DNA of 32,000 nt from Ignicoccus hospitalis KIN4/I. Its GTDB lineage: Archaea > Thermoproteota > Thermoprotei_A > Sulfolobales > Ignicoccaceae. The translations under genes were made by a program, and so were the position numbers. Below are positions 9,266 to 17,935 of the stretch, one piece after another (positions within the stretch are counted from its first letter, which is position 1; every line of letters begins with the position of its first letter). Below the pieces are notes generated by a model that searched no databases, was not told the DNA's origin, and worked only from the letters and a program-made list of their open reading frames with translations. The stretch covers positions 150,001-182,000 of the forward strand of contig NC_009776.1 in NCBI RefSeq assembly GCF_000017945.1. Direction: 5' to 3'.

Positions 9266-9825
9266 GCAAGAAGGTTTACTTCCTAACCTCTAACCCTCAC
9301 AAGGCGAAGGAAGTTAGTGACGTGCTCAGCCAGTTCTCGATCGAGGTGGTCCCTCTGAAGGGCGAGAAGTTGGAGATACAAGCGGACTCCGTGGAGGAGG
9401 TGGCGAGGTTCGCGGCGGAGGAGGCCAAGAAGAGGTTCAAGGAGAGGCCGTTGCTCTTGGAGGACAGCGGGCTCTTCGTGGACGCTCTGAAGGGCTTCCC
9501 GGGGCCGTACAGCAACTACGTTTATCGAACTCTGGGGTTGGAGGGGCTGTTGAAGCTCATGGAAGGGGTTGAGGACAGGAGGGCGCGCTTCGTCTGCGCT
9601 GCTGCGTTAGTGAAGGAGGACGATAAGATCGTTATTGAGGTAGGAGAGGTTGAGGGCGAAATAGCTTACGAGCCGAGGGGGGATAAGGGCTTCGGCTTCG
9701 ACCCGATCTTCGTTCCCCTCGGCTACGAGAAGACCTTCGCCGAGCTGGGGGAGGAGGTGAAGAAGAGGATTTCCCACAGGGCGAGGGCGTTCATGAAGAT
9801 AGCTAAACACTTGTCCGGGGAATAA
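9259..9825 (+). CDS. dITP/XTP pyrophosphatase (RdgB/HAM1 family)
   Basis: FLTSNPHKAKEV, LLLEDSGLFVDALKGFPGPYSNYV, KGFGFDPIFVP, SHRARA. Confidence 0.93.
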   Translation: MVSKKVYFLTSNPHKAKEVSDVLSQFSIEVVPLKGEKLEIQADSVEEVARFAAEEAKKRFKERPLLLEDSGLFVDALKGFPGPYSNYVYRTLGLEGLLKLMEGVEDRRARFVCAAALVKEDDKIVIEVGEVEGEIAYEPRGDKGFGFDPIFVPLGYEKTFAELGEEVKKRISHRARAFMKIAKHLSGE

Positions 9826-9999
9826 CAGAGTGTCCCCGGCTCACCGCGGGCCCTCTGGCCCCCTTGCCGGGGAGCCGCCGGACTTAGGGACGGAGCCCTC
9901 TTGAAATGTTTTGAGGTCGCTCTGGTAGCCCGACCATCATTCCCTCAGGGGCGGTGGTTGCGCTCATCCCTCGTCTTTACGAAGCGCCCCCTTGGAACT

Positions 10000-10012
10000 A
10001 GTTTTAAGCTCG
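10000..10012 (+). promoter_or_regulatory. TATA-like box (gttttaagc) for the S13 operon, potentially bidirectional
   Basis: AT-rich element about 28 nt upstream of the GTG start at 10032. Its complement cttaaaac can serve the minus strand. Confidence 0.45.
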
Positions 10013-10031
10013 CCAGCGACGGAGCGGCGGG

Positions 10032-10490
10032 GTGGCGAGACTGGTAGAGGAGTTCAAGTACATAGTGCGTATAGGCGATACTGACATCGACGGTTCTCTG
10101 CCCGCCGTTTACGGCCTAGCCAAAATAAAGGGTATTGGTTATACCACCGCGTTGGCCATCCTTAGGAAGCTGGGGATAGACCCCCATATGAGGTTGGGTT
10201 ACTTGAGCGAGACCCGGATAAGGGAGTTGGACGAGAAGGTGAGGGACATAACCCAGTTGGGCTTCCCCAGCTGGCTCTACAACAGGAGGAAAGACTATAC
10301 CACCGGTAAGGACTTGCACTTGATAGGCGCGGACTTGGTGTTCTACGCTAGACAAGACATCGAGAGGGAGAAGAGGATAAAGAGCTGGAGAGGCTTGAGG
10401 CACAGCCTAGGCTTGAAGGTTAGGGGCCAGAGGACCGCTACCACCGGTAGGCTTGGCATGACGGTAGGCGTCAGCAAGAAGTCCAGGTGA
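10032..10490 (+). CDS. rps13: 30S ribosomal protein S13
   Basis: YIVRIGDTDIDGSLPAVYGLAKIKGIGYTTA, SWRGLRHSLGLKVRGQRTATTGR. Confidence 0.97.
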   Translation: MARLVEEFKYIVRIGDTDIDGSLPAVYGLAKIKGIGYTTALAILRKLGIDPHMRLGYLSETRIRELDEKVRDITQLGFPSWLYNRRKDYTTGKDLHLIGADLVFYARQDIEREKRIKSWRGLRHSLGLKVRGQRTATTGRLGMTVGVSKKSR

Positions 10491-10501
10491 GGTGAGAGGT
10501 A

Positions 10502-11002
10502 ATGGGAGACCCGCGCAAGCCTAGGAAGAAGTGGTCTCCTCCCGGTCACCCGTGGGTTAAGGAGAGGCTAATCGAAGAAATGAAACTAATGGGTGAGTAC
10601 GGACTGAGGAACAAGAGGGAGATTTGGATCGCCGCGGCGATGTTAAGGAGGTACCGCCACCGCGCGAGGGAGCTGCTAGCGTTGCCGGCCGAGGTGAGGG
10701 AAAAGGAGGAGAAGGCACTTCTGAAGAGGCTCTACGACTTGGGCTTGGTTGATGAGAACGCAACCCTCGACGATGTACTGTCCCTCACTGTTAGGGACTT
10801 ATTGGAGAGGAGGTTGCAGACGGTCGTCTACAAGAAGGGCTTGGCAAAGAGCATATACCACGCTCGCCAGCTCGTGACGCACGGCCACATAGCCATAAAC
10901 GGCAGGAGGGTCACCAGCCCGGGGTACATAGTGAGGAGGGACGAGGAGGAGTTGATAGGCTACGCCCCCACTAGCCCGTACTTCAAAAAGGCACAGCAGT
11001 AA
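10502..11002 (+). CDS. rps4: 30S ribosomal protein S4
   Basis: [58 protein letters not shown]. Confidence 0.97.
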   Translation: MGDPRKPRKKWSPPGHPWVKERLIEEMKLMGEYGLRNKREIWIAAAMLRRYRHRARELLALPAEVREKEEKALLKRLYDLGLVDENATLDDVLSLTVRDLLERRLQTVVYKKGLAKSIYHARQLVTHGHIAINGRRVTSPGYIVRRDEEELIGYAPTSPYFKKAQQ

Positions 11003-11021
11003 CGGCGGGGGGTCGTGAGCC

Positions 11022-11414
11022 GTGCCAAAGGAAATAAGGTGGGGGGTCGCGCACATATTCAGTTCCCCCAACAACACTTTCGTCCACATAACTGACATCA
11101 CCGGCTCGGAGACGGCATCGAGAGTTACCGGCGGAATGGTGGTAAAGGCGGACCACGAGAAGCCGTCCCCTTACGCGGCCATGATTGCGGCCGCGAGGGC
11201 GGCCCAGCAAGCTATGGAGAGGGGCATAACTGCCATCCACATAAAGGTAAGGGCCCCCGGCGGTTACGGTCCCAAGACCCCGGGCCCCGGCGCCCAAGCT
11301 GCCATTAGGGCCTTAGCTAGGTCGGGATTCATCATAGGGAGGATAGAGGACGTGACGCCCTTGCCCCACGACACCATACGCAGGCCCGGCGGCAGAAGGG
11401 GCAGGAGGGTCTGA
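11022..11414 (+). CDS. rps11: 30S ribosomal protein S11
   Basis: [53 protein letters not shown]. Confidence 0.97.
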   Translation: MPKEIRWGVAHIFSSPNNTFVHITDITGSETASRVTGGMVVKADHEKPSPYAAMIAAARAAQQAMERGITAIHIKVRAPGGYGPKTPGPGAQAAIRALARSGFIIGRIEDVTPLPHDTIRRPGGRRGRRV

Positions 11415-11417
11415 GTT

Positions 11418-12269
11418 TTGCCCATCGAGGTGCTGGAGGAGACACCAACCTCCATACGTTTGTTAGCCAAGGGGTACCCCCTGGCGGTCCTCAACGCGAT
11501 CAGGAGGGCGGCGCTGGAGCTCGCGCCTAAAATGGCGGTCGACTTCATTGCTGTAGATAGAAACGATAGTACGTTGTTCAACGAGGTGCTGGCGCACAGG
11601 CTCGCGATGATTCCGCTGAGGAGCGAGGAGGCGTTGGAGAGGTATGCCCCTCCGGAAGCTTGCATGGAGTGTACGCCGGAGGAGGCAGAGGCCGATAAGT
11701 GCGTCGTCGACGGGAAGCCTTGTTACGTGCGCTTGTACTTAGACGCCTCGGCAGAAGGAAAACAGATCATAGTCTATTCCAAGGACTTGAAGAGCGAGGA
11801 CGAGGACGTCAGGCCGGTATACGAGAACATTCCCGTGGTCCCCTTGATAGGCGACCAGAAGGTCAAGGTAATAGCTTACGCGAGGTTGGGTAGGGGGAGG
11901 GAACACGCCAAGTGGATGCCGGCCACCGTTTCCATAGTTAAACCCTTGCTGAAGGGGATATCCGTCAAAGAGGGCTTGTGTGACGCCGAATGCCAAAAGG
12001 AGTGTGCGGAGAAGTGCAAGGAAGCTTTCGTGATGAAGGATGGCAAGCTCACCTTAAAGGAGGGAACTACACTCTCTATGGTCATGTACTGTATAGAGTA
12101 CGTCTGCGAGGGCAAGGGGATACGCCCGGTGTTCGAGGAAGACACCTACTTGTTCGAGCTCGAGAGCGACGGCTCCTTGAGCGCGAGGAGGACTTTGGTT
12201 GAAGCGGCTAAGGCGGTGGTCGAGAAGCTGAGCGAATTAAAGAACCGCCTACAGTCTCGCGAGGGGTGA
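11418..12269 (+). CDS. rpoD: DNA-directed RNA polymerase subunit D
   Basis: LLAKGYPLAVLNAIRRAALELAPKMAVDFIAVDRNDSTLFNEVLAHRLAMIPL, with a Cys-rich insertion. In-cluster position between S11 and L18e. Confidence 0.95.
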   Translation: MPIEVLEETPTSIRLLAKGYPLAVLNAIRRAALELAPKMAVDFIAVDRNDSTLFNEVLAHRLAMIPLRSEEALERYAPPEACMECTPEEAEADKCVVDGKPCYVRLYLDASAEGKQIIVYSKDLKSEDEDVRPVYENIPVVPLIGDQKVKVIAYARLGRGREHAKWMPATVSIVKPLLKGISVKEGLCDAECQKECAEKCKEAFVMKDGKLTLKEGTTLSMVMYCIEYVCEGKGIRPVFEEDTYLFELESDGSLSARRTLVEAAKAVVEKLSELKNRLQSREG

Positions 12270-12276
12270 GCGAGCG

Positions 12277-12633
12277 GTGCCCGCGAGGAGGAGGAAGATT
12301 ACAAACGTTTTGTTAAGGAAGACGCTGGACGAGCTCTGGAAGACCAAGTCTCCCGCGTGGAGGAGGGTCTACGAGCTGCTGAACAGGCCGGCGCGCCAGA
12401 GGATAGTGGTGAACGTGAGCAAGATAAATAGGTACGCCAATGACGGCGACGTCGTAGTGGTCCCCGGCAAGGTCTTGGGCTCCGGTGAGTTAGAGAAGAA
12501 GGTAACCGTGGCGGCTTTTTCGTTCTCCTATACCGCGTTAGAGAAGATAGAGACGGCGGGTGGCAAGGCGCTCCACATCTTGGAGCTAGTGAAGGAGAAC
12601 CCCAAGGGTAGCGGCATTAAGATTATTACGTGA
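12277..12633 (+). CDS. rpl18e: 50S ribosomal protein L18e
   Basis: WRRVYELLNRPARQRIVVNVSKINRYANDGDVVVVPGKVLGSGELEKKVTVAAFSFS. Confidence 0.95.
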   Translation: MPARRRKITNVLLRKTLDELWKTKSPAWRRVYELLNRPARQRIVVNVSKINRYANDGDVVVVPGKVLGSGELEKKVTVAAFSFSYTALEKIETAGGKALHILELVKENPKGSGIKIIT

Positions 12634-12643
12634 GGTGGTGGTC

Positions 12644-13090
12644 ATGAAGAGAGTGGTCGTGATCGATGCTACGAATCAAATAGTAGGTCGGATGGCCTCC
12701 CACATCGCTAAGATGTTGCTCGAGGGGTGGGAGGTCAACGTAATCAACGCGGAGAAAGCCGTGCTGTCCGGCGAACCCACTAGGGTGGTAAAGGGTTACC
12801 AAATACTGTTAAACGTCAAGACGCACACCAACCCGTACCGGAACAAGATAAAGAGGCCGAGGACGCCTATAGCGATAATAAAGGACGCGGTTAAGGGTAT
12901 GTTGCCCAAACACAACACGAGGGGACGGGAGGCCTTGAAGAGGCTAAAGGTCTATATCGGGGAGCCGGAGTACGTGCCCAAAGAGAACTTGATGAGGTTC
13001 CCCGACGCGGACGCGCTGAGGCTCTCCGGAAAGTACATAACTGTCGGGGAAGTGGCGCGCCGGATGGGATGGAAGGGAGGTGAGGCGTGA
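12644..13090 (+). CDS. rpl13: 50S ribosomal protein L13
   Basis: VVVIDATNQIVGRMASHIAKMLLEG, VKGMLPKHNTRGREALKRLKVYIG. ATG at 12644 is in frame with ORF 12635..13090. Confidence 0.95.
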   Translation: MKRVVVIDATNQIVGRMASHIAKMLLEGWEVNVINAEKAVLSGEPTRVVKGYQILLNVKTHTNPYRNKIKRPRTPIAIIKDAVKGMLPKHNTRGREALKRLKVYIGEPEYVPKENLMRFPDADALRLSGKYITVGEVARRMGWKGGEA

Positions 13091-13536
13091 TGGTGGACGT
13101 GAAGTGGGCAAAGGAACAGCAAGGTAAGGGCGGCGTAAGGATAGTATTGGCCACTGGGAAGAGGAAAAGGGCCATAGCTAGGGCAATCATATACCCGGGC
13201 AAGGGAAGGGTCTGGATCAACGGCGTCCCGGTTGAGATAGTTAAGCCAGAAATCAAGAGGTGGAGGATACTAGAGCCCTTACTATTAGCCGGCGAGAAAG
13301 TGATGAAGAACATAGATATCAAGGTTTTCGTCAAAGGAGGAGGCTTCATGGCCCAAGCGGAGGCGGCGCGAATGGCCATAGCTAGGGGCTTGGTGAAGTA
13401 TACTGGAAGCGAGGAGTTGAAGGCGTTGTACGAGGAGCACGACCGACACATGCTGTCCGGCGACCCGAGGAGGACGGAGCCGGAGAAGTGGATGAGGTAC
13501 TCCGCCAGGAGGAGGAAGCAGAAGAGCTATAGGTGA
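13087..13536 (+). CDS. rps9: 30S ribosomal protein S9
   Basis: GKRKRAIARAIIYPGKGRVWINGVP, LTGDPRRTEPEKW-type segment (LSGDPRRTEPEKW), ARRRKQKSYR C-terminus. Confidence 0.96.
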   Translation: MMVDVKWAKEQQGKGGVRIVLATGKRKRAIARAIIYPGKGRVWINGVPVEIVKPEIKRWRILEPLLLAGEKVMKNIDIKVFVKGGGFMAQAEAARMAIARGLVKYTGSEELKALYEEHDRHMLSGDPRRTEPEKWMRYSARRRKQKSYR

Positions 13537-13543
13537 GGCTCCC

Positions 13544-13753
13544 TTGATGCTCCCAATTCGTTGTTACACTTGCGGGAGGCCTTTGTGGCCGGAGTACGAG
13601 GAGTTCTTGCGGAGGGTCGAGGCCGGCGAGGAGCCGGGCAAGGTATTGGACGACTTGGGGATAAAGAGGTACTGTTGTAGAAGGACTATGCTCTCAGCAG
13701 TCGACATATCGAAGGAGATTATTAAGTTCAGTACGCGTGTTCACAGGTGGTAG
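13544..13753 (+). CDS. rpoN: DNA-directed RNA polymerase subunit N
   Basis: [31 protein letters not shown] zinc-binding motifs. Confidence 0.96.
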   Translation: MMLPIRCYTCGRPLWPEYEEFLRRVEAGEEPGKVLDDLGIKRYCCRRTMLSAVDISKEIIKFSTRVHRW

Positions 13754-14394
13754 CCGTGAGCGCGGAGACGGGCGAGAAGGTTGTAGAGTTACTAATACCC
13801 TTGGAGATGTACCTACAACACGGTGTGCATATAGGTACTAAAATGGTAACTAACTACATGAAGAGGTTCGTGTATAAGAGGAGAAACATAGACGGTCTCG
13901 CTATACTCGACGTAAGGAAGATAGATCAAAGGATCAGAGTGGCGGCCAAGTTCCTGTCCCGCTTCGAACCGGAGAAGATCATGGTGGTCTCCGTCCGGCA
14001 GTACGGTCACAAGCCCGTGACCATGTTCGCCCAGTTCACCGGCGCCAAACCGGTGATAGGGCGCTTCGTGCCGGGCACCTTGACTAACCCGGCCTTGGAA
14101 GTTTACTACGAGCCCGACGTCATATTAGTAACGGACACCAGGATGGACCAACAAGCGATAGTGGAGGCAGCCGAGATAGGGATCCCCGTAGTAGCGATAT
14201 GCGATACAGACAACAAGACCGAAAACGTGGACTTGATAATACCGGGCAACAACAAGGGGAGGAAGAGCTTGGCCCTCTTGTACTGGCTGTTAACGCGTCA
14301 AGTGTTGGTCGAGAGGGGCCAGCTGAGCCCGGACGCCCCCGAGGACCAGCCCGCCCCCGTCAGCGAGTTCGAAACTAAGGTGAAGATGGTCTAA
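13747..14394 (+). CDS. rps2: 30S ribosomal protein S2
   Basis: [38 protein letters not shown]-like ([34 protein letters not shown]), [14 protein letters not shown]. Confidence 0.96.
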   Translation: MVAVSAETGEKVVELLIPLEMYLQHGVHIGTKMVTNYMKRFVYKRRNIDGLAILDVRKIDQRIRVAAKFLSRFEPEKIMVVSVRQYGHKPVTMFAQFTGAKPVIGRFVPGTLTNPALEVYYEPDVILVTDTRMDQQAIVEAAEIGIPVVAICDTDNKTENVDLIIPGNNKGRKSLALLYWLLTRQVLVERGQLSPDAPEDQPAPVSEFETKVKMV

Positions 14395-14522
14395 CCGCCT
14401 CCGAGGGCTCCTAGTCCACATCCTTTGTTTCGGTGTCCGCCACACTCTTCATCGGCTCCCGAAGGCCTCCTCGCCGCAAGTAAAATAAACCGTACGTGCA
14501 GCTCCCTTCCGGTGAAAAGGGG

Positions 14523-14762
14523 ATGGCCAAGTACAAGGTCTGGATAGAAAACGAGAAGTGCATATCTGACGCCGTGTGTGCTCACTTGTGCCCCGACGTA
14601 TTCGAGATGAACGAGGAGTACAAGGCCGTCATCGTGCCTCAGTACCGCACCGGCGACAACCCCGCCGAGGGCGTCATACCCGAGGAGCTGAAGGACTGCG
14701 CGGAGCAAGCGGCCGCCGCGTGCCCCGTCCAAATAATCCACGTCGAGCCGCTCCAAGAGTAA
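14523..14762 (+). CDS. Single [4Fe-4S] ferredoxin, Pyrococcus furiosus Fd-like
   Basis: MAKYKVWIENEKCISDAVCAHLCPDVFEMNEEYKAV...CAEQAAAACPVQIIHVE. The longer ORF starts at 14496, but ATG 14523 matches the promoter aagtaaataaacc. Confidence 0.93.
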   Translation: MAKYKVWIENEKCISDAVCAHLCPDVFEMNEEYKAVIVPQYRTGDNPAEGVIPEELKDCAEQAAAACPVQIIHVEPLQE

Positions 14763-14768
14763 AGCCCG

Positions 14769-15014
14769 CTAGAACTTTTTCTTACTGAGTTCTTCCTTCT
14801 TCCTTATTGCCTCTTCCAACTCCCTGGCCAGAGACTTGGCTGCGGGCAAGCTGACCTCCAGCGGGATCCTCTCCATAAGCCTCTTGAAGAACTCTAAGGC
14901 ACACTTCTTGCTGTGAAAGTAGAAAGTCTCTCCACCTATGTTTATCACTACTCCTTGCCCTTTGAAGAATGTCCTCCCACAGTACATACACCTCATCTTC
15001 TCCCTTTTCCCCAA
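14769..15014 (-). CDS. L24e-like / TRASH-type zinc-finger small protein
   Basis: MRCMYCGRTFFKGQGVVINIGGETFYFHSKKCALEFFKR resembles the ribosomal L24e/TRASH CxxC...C fold. Confidence 0.7.
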   Translation of the reverse strand: MGKREKMRCMYCGRTFFKGQGVVINIGGETFYFHSKKCALEFFKRLMERIPLEVSLPAAKSLARELEEAIRKKEELSKKKF

Positions 15015-15103
15015 GCTTTACGCCCTCGCAACGACTCCTTCAGCATTTATATAGGCATAACGGGGCAGTGACGAAGCGGTTAAGGTCACACGCCAGTGAG
15101 GTG

Positions 15104-17935
15104 ATGGGAGTGAGCGCGGTCGAGGCCGACTTGCTGCCGCCGCGTTTGGTGGAGCTGATAAAGGAGAGGGGTTGGAAGGATCTAACTGAAGTTCAGAAGA
15201 AGGCGTTCAAACCCATAACGGAAGGCAAGAACGTCCTGATCGTTGCACCCACGGGCTACGGGAAGACGGAGGCGGCTATGTTACCGATCTTCGCGAAGAT
15301 GATAGAGGAGAGACCGGAACCCCTGAGCGTACTCTATATCACTCCTCTTAAGTCCTTGATCAATGACTTAAAGAACAGGATAGAGTGGTGGGCCGAGAGG
15401 CTAGGTTTCGTAGTCGCCAGGAAGCACGGCGACGTGGGCGCGTCCGAGAGGAGCTTGAGGTTGAAGAGGACTCCGCACATACTGCTAACCACCCCGGAAG
15501 GGTTCAAGATAGACTTAGACTGGGCCTCCCAATTCCGAAAGTATTACAAGAACGTCCGATGGGTCGTGGTGGACGAGGCCCACGAACTGGTGGGAAGTAA
15601 GAGGGGAGTTCAGCTCAGCTTGCTCCTAGAGAGGCTGAAAGCTTACAGCGGTAGGGATTACCAGAGGATAGCGCTCAGCGCCACAGTCGGCGACCCCGAA
15701 GCGACTGCCAAGCTGCTCTTCGGCTCTTCGTCCCGAGAGAAGGAGATCGTGAAAGTAAACGTAAAGAGGAAAATAGAGCTGGTGGTGGACAGCATAGGGG
15801 AGGCGAGGGAGGAGGACAGCTTCTGGAAGGCCTCGGCTAAGAAAATACTCGAGCACGTGGAGCCCCCCACGCTAGTGTTCGTCAACACGCGATACGCCGC
15901 GGAGAGGTTGCACGAGGAGCTCTCCAAAATAGAGGGCCTTAAGGTAGAGGTCCACCACTCCTCCATATCTAAGGAAATAAGGCAAGAAATAGAGAAGAAT
16001 TTGAAAGACGGGAAGTTAGACGTAGTAATAGCTACAAAGACTTTGGAGCTAGGTATAGACATAAGTGACTTAAACAAGGTAATATTGTTCAAACCCCCGG
16101 GCAGCGTGGCCTCGTTGCTCCAGAGAGTCGGGAGGGCAGGTCACAAGCTTGGAGGGGTGTCCAGAGGAGTAATAATTACTACTGACGAGATAGAAGCGCT
16201 GGACGGCTACACGGAAGCAGTCTTGGCAGTAAAAGGCATAGTGGAGCCCCCCAAGGTCCCGGACGCCCCGCTGGACGTGCTCGCGCGCGAGATCATAGGC
16301 ATGACGCTGCAAGAGAAGAGGTTAGACCCCTCGTGGGCATACGAGGTGGTGAAGGGAGCGTACCCTTACAGAAACTTAACCAAAGAGACCTTCGATGAGT
16401 TGATAAACGTGTTAGTAAAGAACAAGATACTCGCATGGGACGGAGACAAGTTAAAGGTAAGTTACATGTTCTACAAGCTCTGGTCCTTCGACGGCGGCGA
16501 GAAGAAGAGGTGGAGCCGCTCCTTCGGCGAGTTCTTCTCGGTCATCTCCGAGAGGGACGTGTTCGTGGTCAAGTGGGGCAATAAGGTAGTTGGGGACTTG
16601 GACGCCTTCTACGTTTACAAGTACTTGCGGCCCGAGAGCAAGATAAGGCTAGGAGGGAAGACGTGGAAAGTCATAGGGATAGACGACGAGGGCATGAAAG
16701 TCTACGTAGAACCCGCTACCGACCAGATGGGCGAGATACCCCTCTGGAAGGGCGAGGAGTTCCACCGCTCCTCCCTAATCCCGGAGTACGCGAAGAGGGT
16801 GCTCGAGGAGGAAAAGCCTAAGGAGGTCAAGCTCCTCCCCGACGCAGAGAAGAAAGTGAGGAAGGTTTTTGAGAGCTACAAGAGGAAGAATATAGACCTC
16901 CCCGGGGGCGACGTTTACTATTTAGAGAAGGTGCCGGGAGGCTACGTGCTGACCGGCTTCATGGACCAGAGGCTAGCGGAGGCCTTAGCCCACTTGATAA
17001 TGTATAAGGTCTCCTCGGAGTATACAACGGCCGTGAGCGTCCGCTCCTCCTTTACCGGGATAGCCGTCACCGTCGACGGCGGCGAGGCCCCGAACCCCAT
17101 AAAGCTGCTCAAGGAAATAGACGACGTCGAGGATGCGATTAGAAAGGCTATGGAGAGGTCTCCTTACTTGGTGCAGACCGCTAAGGAGATCCAGCTCAGC
17201 TTCGGCAAGCTCGGGAAGGTAACTCCGGACGACGGCCTAGTCTTCGAGGAGGCGGTCAAACAAGCTATAGAGAAGTACATAGATGTTGAGAAGGCAAAGA
17301 AGTTCATAGAGATGTTGAAAGAAAAGAAGATTAAGGTCAAGCTAATCAAGGCCAAGAGCCTAACGCCGTTGGCAGCGCACGTAATGAGCTTGCCGGCCTT
17401 CAGGCCGTGGCTTAAGATAATAGAAGCGCGTATAGTGAGCTTGCTGAAGGGGGAGGCGTTCACGGCCGAAGAGCTCGCGACTATGCTCGACTTGAGTCCT
17501 ACTACGGTCGAGAACAAGTTAAAGGAGATGAGGAAGCCTACCTCCAAAGCGAGGGTAGTACACTTCATAGACGTGGAGTTCGGCGAGACTCGGTGGTGCT
17601 TGTTGGAGGACTTAGATGAAATAATGAAGAAGGACGAATACGCTACGTCGTTTAAACCCCTCGATCCCTACGAGAATTTCACCATGTTCTACCGGACCTC
17701 CCCGAAGGACGAATACAACATGAAATACTTCAAACCGTTGGACATAATTAACAATGCCGAAGAGTTCTTGAGGAGCATAAATGCCGACGAATTCTACGAG
17801 GTAAAGGTGATGTTCCAAGGAGATCCGCTGTTTAAGAACCTTGTGCCGAGATACTTTTACGTCCCCAAGAAGGCGCTGCCCGCGGTACTGCTTAATGCGG
17901 TCGCCTACATACAGAGGGTCCGAAGGTCTGCTTAA
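15104..17935 (+). CDS. Lhr-like large ATP-dependent DEAD/DEAH-box helicase
   Basis: APTGYGKTEAAMLPIF, VDEAHEL, LSATVGDP, TKTLELGIDISDLNKVILFKPPGSVASLLQRVGRAGH. Start placed at ATG 15104, downstream of TATA-like atttatatag (about 15040-15050). Confidence 0.92.
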   Translation: MGVSAVEADLLPPRLVELIKERGWKDLTEVQKKAFKPITEGKNVLIVAPTGYGKTEAAMLPIFAKMIEERPEPLSVLYITPLKSLINDLKNRIEWWAERLGFVVARKHGDVGASERSLRLKRTPHILLTTPEGFKIDLDWASQFRKYYKNVRWVVVDEAHELVGSKRGVQLSLLLERLKAYSGRDYQRIALSATVGDPEATAKLLFGSSSREKEIVKVNVKRKIELVVDSIGEAREEDSFWKASAKKILEHVEPPTLVFVNTRYAAERLHEELSKIEGLKVEVHHSSISKEIRQEIEKNLKDGKLDVVIATKTLELGIDISDLNKVILFKPPGSVASLLQRVGRAGHKLGGVSRGVIITTDEIEALDGYTEAVLAVKGIVEPPKVPDAPLDVLAREIIGMTLQEKRLDPSWAYEVVKGAYPYRNLTKETFDELINVLVKNKILAWDGDKLKVSYMFYKLWSFDGGEKKRWSRSFGEFFSVISERDVFVVKWGNKVVGDLDAFYVYKYLRPESKIRLGGKTWKVIGIDDEGMKVYVEPATDQMGEIPLWKGEEFHRSSLIPEYAKRVLEEEKPKEVKLLPDAEKKVRKVFESYKRKNIDLPGGDVYYLEKVPGGYVLTGFMDQRLAEALAHLIMYKVSSEYTTAVSVRSSFTGIAVTVDGGEAPNPIKLLKEIDDVEDAIRKAMERSPYLVQTAKEIQLSFGKLGKVTPDDGLVFEEAVKQAIEKYIDVEKAKKFIEMLKEKKIKVKLIKAKSLTPLAAHVMSLPAFRPWLKIIEARIVSLLKGEAFTAEELATMLDLSPTTVENKLKEMRKPTSKARVVHFIDVEFGETRWCLLEDLDEIMKKDEYATSFKPLDPYENFTMFYRTSPKDEYNMKYFKPLDIINNAEEFLRSINADEFYEVKVMFQGDPLFKNLVPRYFYVPKKALPAVLLNAVAYIQRVRRSA

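Noticed and set aside
14395-14490. C/D-box-like sRNA on the minus strand between rps2 and the ferredoxin (GATGAAG...CCGA...GGATGTG)
   Set aside because: No exact D or D' CUGA, and the nearby TATA element is better explained as the ferredoxin promoter.
17841-17930. N-terminal extension MCRDTFTSPRRRCPRYCLMRSPTYRGSEG of the TrkH ORF as real protein
   Set aside because: It overlaps the helicase C-terminus out of frame. The Cys/Arg-rich composition looks like shadow translation, and the membrane protein probably starts near the helicase stop.
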